DNA of 61,075 nt, the filler included, from Diploschistes diacapsis (lineage: Eukaryota): NCBI GenBank assembly GCA_023645945.1. It is 10 parts of 10 records of this genome, joined end to end, with 100 filler letters (N's around TTAATTAATTAA, not from the genome) between each part and the next. Parts side by side here need not be neighbours in the genome. Positions count along the whole stretch, not along the records: positions 49,602 to 53,362 come from JALAIB010001859.1; positions 53,463 to 57,221 come from JALAIB010001860.1; positions 57,322 to 61,075 come from JALAIB010001861.1; 7 more parts are not named here. One strand, written 5' to 3'. This document shows, in pieces, positions 52,386-61,075 of this stretch. The position numbers and the translations under genes were made by a program. Numbering within the stretch: position 1 is the stretch's first letter; each line of letters starts with the position of its first letter. The notes beneath the pieces were generated by a model, which did no database searches, was not told the origin of the DNA, and worked only from the letters and a program-made list of their open reading frames with translations.

Positions 52386-53462
52386 CGCGCAGACTCAAAT
52401 GGCGCGAGCAAGCTTCCTTTTGAAGGTGGGAAGCCTTTGTGGACAGCGCGCCAAAACCAAAGGAATGGTTGGAAGGTCCTGACGCTTACAAGGGATTTCG
52501 TAATTGCTTGAGTGTGTGCCCTACCTTATGTCCCGTCTTGATCGAGGAACAGAGAGTAAAAACTGATTTGTTGCTGTAGCTAGCTTGCTGTCTTTGAAGC
52601 ACGATGTGACCACGGGTTGGGAAAGGAAAAAAAAACAGGGAGTCTGCAAAGAAGGTTCCTAGCTCGGAACAACTGTTCTCCGGCAGCTTTCCCCCCCATA
52701 TGGGGGAGGCTTTGCAAGTCCCTAAAGCTTCTTTCTTAGCGTCTCAAGTTGGGGGCCTCTTAGTACATATTATAGTTCTAATTTGCGGGCTTGATTCATC
52801 AGTCCTGAATTTCGCAGTTGTTACATTCCGGATATGAAGTTGCATGTTACTAGGTTGAAGTATACATTCTCGCGCCAAAACAGTTATATGCCTCTATTAC
52901 AAGACACCTGGATCTGACCATGACGAGTGGCAGCGATGCTCAGCCAGAGGGAGCCAATCATAAGTATGTAAGCATGTTTAGATAAATTCTTCTCAAACTG
53001 TTCAAGCGGTTGTATAGAGGAAGGGTCTGGTCTCAATAGTGTCCAAACAAAGTTGCCACAAAAGCGAGTAGCCCCATGTCTATAAAGAAGCTCCCGTCGG
53101 CAATGAAGCCTCACTCACTTCCTCCGTTGCTCCTCGTCGGCGCTCTCCGACCCTCGGCGAATAATAGCTTCGCTGTATCAAATCGACGGGTCGGTGTTCA
53201 TCCTCACAAGGACCTAGTCATCCTTGTTGAGAATTGAGTAACAAGATATGCATCCTTGATGAGCACCGATTGCGTTTTGCTTTCTTGCCTGTAATTAAGC
53301 TGTAAGATTGTGGAAAAAGCGCGGGGTCCGAGTGCTCTGGGTGGGGGGAGAAAGTGTCACGGNNNNNNNNNNNNNNNNNNNNNNNNNNNNNNNNNNNNNN
53401 NNNNNNTTAATTAATTAANNNNNNNNNNNNNNNNNNNNNNNNNNNNNNNNNNNNNNNNNNNN

Positions 53463-54778
53463 GAGGGAGGGGGGGGAGAGGAGGAGCTTACCATGAGGGC
53501 CACGGCGCCGTCGGGGCCAAAGACATCAACGAGGATTTGGAGGACGGGCTGTCCGTAGGAGCTGTTGACTGTGTTGTCGAAGTCTTGGATGGAGAAGAGG
53601 AGGCCGATCAGTACGAAGAAGCCGAAGATGGCAGACACGCCGACGGACATGATGACGCCTAGGGGAGCACTCCAGGAGGCTTTTTGGGTTTCTTCGCTCA
53701 GGTGAGCTGAGGCGTCAAAGCCTGAAACAGTTCGTTAGGGGTAGCTTCATGATCCTCGAATATTCCCCACCTGTGATGGTATATTGAGTGATAAGCACTC
53801 CGCACACGGCAACGTACGCCGGCGAAGCACGCTGGCTCCATCCCACGCCGTCCGTGCCGGTGCCGTCGTTGAAAGTCGAAAATACGAACGCTCCGGACTG
53901 GTGCGTTGGCGCTTTGGCAAGAAGGGCTACGATAAGCGAGAAGACGCCCAAAGAATGAAGTACGATGGAGGTATTGTTAAGGTATCGAAGAATGCGCACA
54001 CCAAAGGTGTTGATAAGGCCATGCGAAATCAAAATGGCAGCGTAAATGCCGATCGTCTTTCCGGGCGTGGGACTGAATCCTGGGTTCTTCACCAAGACAG
54101 TCGTAGATATCAATCCGGCCAGACCAAACGAAATGCCGGTGGTGACGGCAACCTGGCCAAGAAGGTTGAACCTGTTGTGCTTGAGGAGTGCTTCATGGTG
54201 AGGAGGTCGGTGACGACTCACCATCCCGTTATCCAACTAGCAAAAGGCGCATGCCTCTTCGGAGCAAGTATGGCCGCCCAGAAATAGGGGCCTCCGGAGG
54301 TCGGGATGGCTGATACAATCTCTGCCATGCTCAGGGCGACAAAAAAGGCTGCATCAAACGTGTCAGCCGCCACAGTATCTAAGGTCATTGCAGCCATACT
54401 GAAGAACGAAACCACGATCCAGCCGACGGACATAACCCCCGGTCCTCCAGTAACGAGACCATATTCAAAGAGCCTTGACGACAGTTAGCACACCTCATAA
54501 GATTTCTGGCTGTATGTTACACTAACGTAGTGATGCCTGTGATGACGCTCTGTAAACATTAAGCCTTTGGACTCGTGTTCACCGTAGCGATACGCTTACA
54601 ATAATAGAAAATGATATACCTGACAAAGGCACGATTAGCCCTTGTCCTTGGACCTTGAAGAGAGCTACCACTATAGGACAAGCATACCGAAGTTGTGCAG
54701 CAATCCCCAATCGCGTTTTAATTCTTGGACGTAACCTAATTCTCCCAGCCTATCCTCGTCGCCCTCCTGCAAAGCCAT
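53463..54778 (-). CDS. GABA/amino-acid permease (APC family), 5' part; truncated by contig end
   Basis: LGELGYVQELKRDWGLLHNFG|ISFSII|SVITGITT|LFEYGLVTGGP, MAEIVSAIPTSGGPYFWA, GFDASAHLSEET. Confidence 0.92.
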
Positions 54779-55511
54779 TCACGATGCTCTAAGCACGCAA
54801 CAAGCATGGACAGTCTTCAAGTACTAAGGAATACATGCAGTGTTTACTTTGGGTAGACATCGAGCTCTGAACCATACAGTGGGCTTCGCTTCGAACGAAA
54901 CTTTTCGCCTTATCTCTATCGCCAACAGATCGTCGTCCCGGTTTGCTGGTTACATGCCAAGCAGCCACACGTTGCTCTGGGCTAAGACTGGGAGGATACG
55001 GCTTACTTACCTTTTTGGGATGATAGTCTTGGCAACATAAGACAACAAACATGAGGTGAGCAGGGGATGACGCGACACCCAACTGAAACCATGTCCAATC
55101 CTATCTGTCCCGTACACAGCCTGATCTGGCTGCTTCAAGAGATGGCTGATGAAGGTAGATTTAAAGAAAGCGGTGGCCCTTTCCCTTCCTCTCAATTTGT
55201 ACCCACAACCAGATCGGCGCAAGTCATGGCCGCTGTACCCGTCCTTTCGATCGCCTGCAAGCTGTATAGGAGAGCGCAGGCGAACGGCTACAAATATGTA
55301 GCTCATTCTAATGAACTTTTAAGATTTTCCAGCCCTACAGCCCTATCAGGCTGTCTGATTGGCTGTTAATGTCATCGACATCTTAAATTTTACAAACGTC
55401 CACTCCATGCGAGACCGTGGCCTTGACTTTGGGCTTGGGCTATAGAGACACAAGCGAGGCAACCGATTCAAGCCACCTTTGAGGTCGTCCACCCCGCCAT
55501 TCAGCCCTTCC

Positions 55512-56439
55512 CTAGGACCGTTTGACCTGACTCAAGCCTCGTGCCGAATTGATCAACCTATCCACCAACCACGTAATGTTCAACCAGCTCGCCCACTCTA
55601 CCAACGGAGCAAACGCCCCGTGCCAGATGACGCCCCTAGCCCCGCCGAGGATGTCCTTGACCAGCTTTCCAGCGAGCACATTGACGTTCATGGCCTGGCG
55701 CTGGTGGTCCATCCGCTCCTTCCACGCCGCGTCCTGGACGCCGTGGTAGTGCGACGTCTCGGGCAGGTCCATGGGACCACCGGGCTTACCGAACATGGGC
55801 GTGTCGGCGGACCCGCACATGGACGTCACGACGCGCTCGCCCAGCGGCTCGAGCTCGACCCGCAGGGTTTCCGACATGCGCGCCACGGCGGACTTGGAAC
55901 TAGCGAAAATGCCTGATCAAGAGCGCGCGCGTTGCTGGGTTAGCCTAACTGCCCACAAGAGAGAGAGAGAGCTGCAAGCGCTGGCCGACGGAGACTTACC
56001 CGCCCACACCATGTTCAGGGCCCCGTCAATGGAGCTCTGGTTGGAGACAACTCCCTTGGCCTTGATAAGCAGGGCGCAAACGCTTGGACCATAGCAAGAG
56101 GGCCCAGACGTTGACGTCGTACAGCCTCTTCGCCTCGGCGATGTCGGTGTCTAGCAGTGGGCTGTTAAATTCGACGCCAGCGTTGTTCACTAGGACATCG
56201 AGGCTCCCGCCCGTGCGTTTCGCGACTATCTACTTGCATCGCGCGATGGTCTTTGGGATGGTCACGTCCAGCTCGAGGATCCCGATGTCGCTTAGCTCGG
56301 CGAGGTCGGCCTTGGAGGGATTGCGCGCCGTCGCGAAGACGTAGAATCCTCGCTGGTGAAAGTTCTTGGCCATGGCCCAGCCGATGCCGCCGGTGCTGCA
56401 GCCGGTGATTAAGACCGTCTTCTTCACTACAGTTGCCAT
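55512..56439 (-). pseudogene. Short-chain dehydrogenase (Ayr1-like) with nonsense codon and two frameshifts
   Basis: TVLITGCSTGGIG, FATARN, LDVLVNNAG, SETLRVELEPLG; TAG at 56230-56232; single-base losses near 56104 and 56073. Confidence 0.85.
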
Positions 56440-56587
56440 ATTGAAGTGGTTATTGGCGTGGAAGACGGCGAAATAGATTATAAAACATTTTTGACAATAA
56501 TAATAAGCGAAAGCTTCAATCTTGCACAGCAGCTGATGGGATTGTGTTCGAGGGAGAGCTGGAACGTTATTTGTAAGCATGATGCTA

Positions 56588-56792
56588 ACGTGTGTCACCA
56601 GGAAACGGATCACCCCACGAAGCGGATCACTACATTATAATGTAATTGCGCTAGATTGAGCGCTTCCATATTTGTACGAAGCTAAATCTGTTCTCAACCA
56701 CACTACCCCGTTCTTCGGCCTTTAAGAAATACCCTTTACGAAGGGATTGTGTTCCGCTTGGTGGTGTTGTTCCGTTTCGTGGTGAAACACGT
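56588..56792. mobile_element. 205-bp MITE, Fot1/pogo (Tc1-mariner) type
   Basis: About 45-bp imperfect TIRs starting ACGTGT.TCACCA.GAAACGGA.CA, an internal CGGA.CA direct repeat, TA on both sides (56586-87, 56793-94). Confidence 0.88.
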
Positions 56793-57723
56793 TATGCGAA
56801 ATATAAATATCGGCCAATAGAATACATATTGAATAAATAAGGAATTAATATGCAAAGTAAACGACTTTAAAGAAATATATCTATATTAAAAATGATGGAT
56901 TCGCAATATAGGAATAAAATACCAAGTGGAAACCTAAACCTAAACTGCAAGGCCTAACTCTTCAAGGAAAATCACTTCCACGAACTTTACATGCGTTATG
57001 GATTGACCAAATCTTGTTCTTCTTTGACACCAATCTAAAAACTCGCTTTATCCAGCACACCCCAACCTCTTGATTACTTACATACTCCTTTGTACCTCGT
57101 CCTGGCCACCAACTCCTGAGCCTACCACTATCACACAACCTTCGTTACCAATGTCCCCCCCCTAGCCCGCGACTTCCCATCGATCCCCCAACCCACAACC
57201 GCCTCGCAGCAACTCCCACCCNNNNNNNNNNNNNNNNNNNNNNNNNNNNNNNNNNNNNNNNNNNNTTAATTAATTAANNNNNNNNNNNNNNNNNNNNNNN
57301 NNNNNNNNNNNNNNNNNNNNNGTGATAAGCGTAGGGATGGATGCGGCGGTGAAGGTTTGGGAGGTTGGGGGGCTGGAATAGAGCGTGGAGATTCTGGGAT
57401 TTAGTAGAGCCCACCGTTAGGTGGTCCCAAACAGCGCACGGGGTGGTGGCTTTTGTTATCCACATTAGCTATTGATCCTTGCGTGGGAAACGCATGCCTT
57501 TGGTCTAGATGTTCTTGATTGCTACCCACGGTGTTGCGTCCTTGATAGGCCAAACCGCAGTATCATTCTCCCTCCATGCATTTCATGGTATGACTGTGTT
57601 GATCTTGACGTGGAAGAGTTGTAGAACCAGAATAACAAGTAACGGCAGTTCGAAATTTATCCCATGTGATCCAAGAAGTTGAAGCCGCCCCACGGCGAAC
57701 GACATGGCAAATGCTGCCCTGAC

Positions 57724-57769
57724 CTTCTTGTTACAATACCGATAACACCTTGCCGGATGTCGTGCCCAT
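57724..57769 (-). pseudogene. RPL10: Degenerate first exon of 60S ribosomal protein L10 (uL16)
   Basis: Removing one G after ATG gives MARHPARCYRYCNKK|GT, versus conserved MARRPARCYRYCKNK; no exon 2 recognisable before the contig end. Confidence 0.6.
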
Positions 57770-58207
57770 TTTGGCTTGGTGAGGTCGAGGTTTTTGTTGA
57801 TAGTTGTAGATGATTAATCACTCAGAGAAACTTGACCAAACGCACTGCGCTTGGATTCGATATCGAAGCATTGCCCTTCTTGGGTAAGCTCAGTAAGGGG
57901 TCTTGAAGTTACATTTGCAGCAGCACATAACTGCTCCTATCGGAACGTTACAGGAGGAACGCGGAAAACGTGGACTAAACGCTATATGATTTAGAATCCT
58001 ATAGAACTCTATTTGAGAACAGACCGCACTGATCTAATGTTGACGAATGCCCCAATACGCATCTCTCCACTTAGACATAGCAGAAGGATGTTCTGGATGT
58101 GAAAGGAGCATAAGAGCGAGAGCATGCAAAAACACAGAGGTAACACCGTCTTGTGAACAGTTAGATTAGATTGCGTTATTTCTAGAGTCGTTACCATTTC
58201 GCTCGTT

Positions 58208-58878
58208 TCAAGATTGCCCGCTCAAAATGTCGGAGTCTCCAGCATCCAAGACAGCCATAGTGGAGCACCTAAAGAGTTTTCCGCATGCGGTACCTAAACG
58301 ATTGTTAATACACTTGTAGATGGTTTAACATTTATTGAAGCAAACCTAGTTCTATCTAGAATATAGTCAGCATACGAGAATCACCCTCAAAGCCCTCAAG
58401 AGGACTTCTTCGTTGGGTAAGGAGCTTGATCAGACGGCTTGGCTTACGTTGTTTCCAGCTAAAGGACATCAGCAAGTCTGGAAGACAGGGGTATTGCATA
58501 GCTTGACTCACAGAAGTGATGCACATTTGTTTTCCCGAGCATAGCGTAGTATCTAGCTGTGTCTCAGTAATCCCATCTTTGTATGGATATCCTCCTATCA
58601 TACTCAAGCTCGCTTTTTCGGAGAGGAGGGGTATTGGCAGAAATTATTATCAGCTTCGCTTTTCCAGAACGAAGAGAGCGCAGGGTCTTTCAGGCGTCAG
58701 TCAAAGGTCAAGCAGTTGGCTTGCTGATCCTGACAGTCTTGTAACCAAGAGCTACCTGCGAAGTATAAGTATCGTCTTGCCTCTTGCGCATAGAGCTGCT
58801 TACCTTCCCACTTTTCATCACGAGGTTGAGTCTAGAGTTGATGCTGTTGGCATCCTTCTTGGCCTTCTTGGGTGCCAT
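58208..58878 (-). CDS. RPL30: 60S ribosomal protein L30 (eL30), 7 exons
   Basis: Exons 58804-58878, 58735-58755, 58604-58686, 58512-58552, 58448-58458, 58346-58355, 58208-58293 give [108 protein letters not shown]. Confidence 0.96.
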
Positions 58879-59555
58879 TGCTGATCAACTTGACAGAGAA
58901 AAGCCGCTTCGACTGTTTGAGATCAATTCCGGAACTCCTTCGACGTAGGCGACTACCTAGTGAGGTTTAATAATTGATGTTTTGAAAATCGACGTTCAGA
59001 GGAGGAATTGAGCTTAAGGGTTTGTGAGTGCCGCTAGGCTATACTCAGACTAGCGTAATCCCCGTGGTCTCTGCAGCGGAACCTTAACAACTTGGACTGC
59101 CTCACACAAAACCAACTTCTTGTTGGAAGACTGGGCATCTAATTCACATAGTAGACCACAAGGACAATAACATATGTATTGAAAGTGTCTTGAATCAGTT
59201 TTCAGGGAGCACTGCGACACAATCTTCACACAGTACTTCTCCTACCGACACACGCAGCTGAACCATACCCTTCAATTGCAGGCAATTGGAGCATTCTAGT
59301 TTGCTGAAAGTGCAACAGCCAGGAGCCAATTTGAGATCGCTCCCTTCTCGGTTCTTATACCATTACTTTTACATCACCATAATTCAGATCATTATCCTTC
59401 CTCGGCACTCGCTCCACACTCAGCTCACCAGCGCGCGACTACTGAACTCAAGGATCTATTTGCAAGGACCTAGTTGTTTGGTACCCCGCGCTGAGGCTGT
59501 AGCGCCTCTCCCGTGTTCTACGGCCCCTCGCAACTCGCTCATAGAGCATGCGACA

Positions 59556-61075
59556 ATGAATACACCACAGAAGCCAGTCCCGGCCAGTGCTGCCACACCC
59601 ACGCTTGGGCGGCGACGATCCAATGCTCCTCCTAACTCTACTCTCGACAACCACCCTGGATCACCAGGCAGAGTGCTGAGCGCGCATGGTACAGCAAAGT
59701 CGTCTAAAGATCCATCCGTTGTTGCTCGACCGAACAGAGCTTCCGTGCGCCGGCCATCATCTATCATCGGTAGCATCGGCAATATAGGATACAATGGGGA
59801 TAACGAAGGGAGCGAAGAGAATGCGCGGATTGAGAATGCGGCTCTCGTTGACAACCTCAAAAAGAGTCTTCGAAATGTTGAGCAGGTCTCCGAGGACTAC
59901 CAGAATCAGCTGGCAGTTTTGCAGAAGAAAATGGATGATCTCATGAAAGAGCATGGAAAGCTCGAAGAGGGGTTCCACGGAAGCACTCAGAAGGTTGTGG
60001 AATTGGAAGCGAAGCGCAAGGAAGAATCTCGTCAAGTACGTGAAATGGCGAACTTGTACGAGAGCGAAAGAATGTCAATGCTTCGGGACCGAGAAGAGGC
60101 GACCGCACGGGAAGACGAACTGAAAAAGACGGTTCAGCGCTTGAAGGAGACTATGGCAGGACGTGAAATGCGCTTCAACCTCGGAGGTAGTTCGGAGCGA
60201 CGGGGATCACGCCAAGGTTTGACTGAAACAACACAACATACAATGGCATTTGTGCTTACAACCTTTAGGTCGAACTCACAGTCGGTCTTCTTCTGTTGAT
60301 GCGACTATCGATGAAACCTCGCAGTTTGCGCCACCACCCACGTTGCAAAGACGTGAATCATCGCTTCATCGGAGCGAGTCGAAGAGCACATCGCGACTAG
60401 TGATGCAGAAGGACATGGTCATTGAAGGTCTACGGCTCGAGCTTGCTGAGGCACAGATCAAACTAGTCGAGATGGAAAACATGGGCGGTGACCGCGTGCA
60501 AGAACTGGAGAAGATGCTACTCGAAACGCGCATGACTAATGCTAGACTCATGGAGGATAACGAGAGCTTTCAGTTGCTCCTTGGCGAGCGAACTTTGAGC
60601 GGGGATATTACAAAGGCGGAACTCATCCAAGGTTCTTCTATCAGCGGCACAACCGGACTGAGCTCCTTGGCGGAAGAGCTGGAGTCAGCAGAAGGCGGAA
60701 GCGAAAACTACCGCCGTCTAGAATCCGAAACCAAGTCTCTCCGCGAACAAAACAAAGCCCTGACCCTCTACATCGAGAAGATCATCAGCCGCGTCCTGCA
60801 ACACGACGATTTCGAAATCATCCTCGACCAAAAGCCCGAAGGCCTCTCAGCAATCACTACCAACCCTAAACCCAAACCCAAAGAACCACCCCTACCTCCC
60901 CCAAAGGACGACCCAGTATCCCCACCACAACCCTCCGTTGTCCAACGCGCCATCTCCGTCGTGAACCGCCGCCAACGACCCACGAGCCAGCTCATGACCG
61001 CCGCGGCCCCCTTTCACGACGAGCTCACGGCCTCCAAATCCCGGCCCCAGAGCCAAATCTACGCCGCCCCCGCAC
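59556..61075 (+). CDS. Conserved fungal coiled-coil protein ('M protein repeat'-type); runs off window end
   Basis: Long heptad-rich ORF, intron about 60217-60269, then LRLELAEAQIKLVE, RMTNARLMEDNESFQLLL, NKALTLYIEKIISR. Confidence 0.8.

Noticed and set aside
26316..57277. Regularly spaced TTAATTAATTAA every about 3.86 kb as a CRISPR-like or biological periodic repeat
   Set aside because: Embedded in fixed N runs; a six-frame stop linker from assembly

Overview
Intron-rich filamentous ascomycete (Pezizomycotina) genomic DNA, not one continuous locus. Ten contigs are joined by artificial 100-nt spacers (44 N + TTAATTAATTAA + 44 N): one long contig (1-26271) followed by nine size-sorted contigs of about 3.75-3.78 kb, so adjacency across spacers is meaningless. 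The long contig carries YTH1, a TenA_E-type thiamine-salvage gene, an amino-acid permease, a Pth11-like membrane protein, a GPI/secreted Cys-rich protein, a PX-domain protein, a small HIG1-like ORF, a sulfate permease, RPP0, TRM82, YDJ1, FCY1 and HEM12. The short contigs carry Pal1, a GH3 beta-glucosidase, a C2H2 protein, CBP80, a GABA-type permease, an SDR pseudogene, a 7-exon RPL30 missed by the ORF track and a coiled-coil gene. The best candidates for new biology are (1) a spliced minus-strand transcript at about 30.3-31.6 kb whose only clear products are micropeptides, chiefly MARGSYDTTGVPKPKPPPKPR*, a candidate regulatory uORF; (2) an unclassified RIP-mutated repeat family in three copies, one sitting on the HEM12 promoter; (3) a 205-bp Fot1/pogo-type MITE upstream of the SDR pseudogene; (4) a degenerate RPL10 first exon beside RPL30. 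All family assignments come from motif recognition, not database searches.
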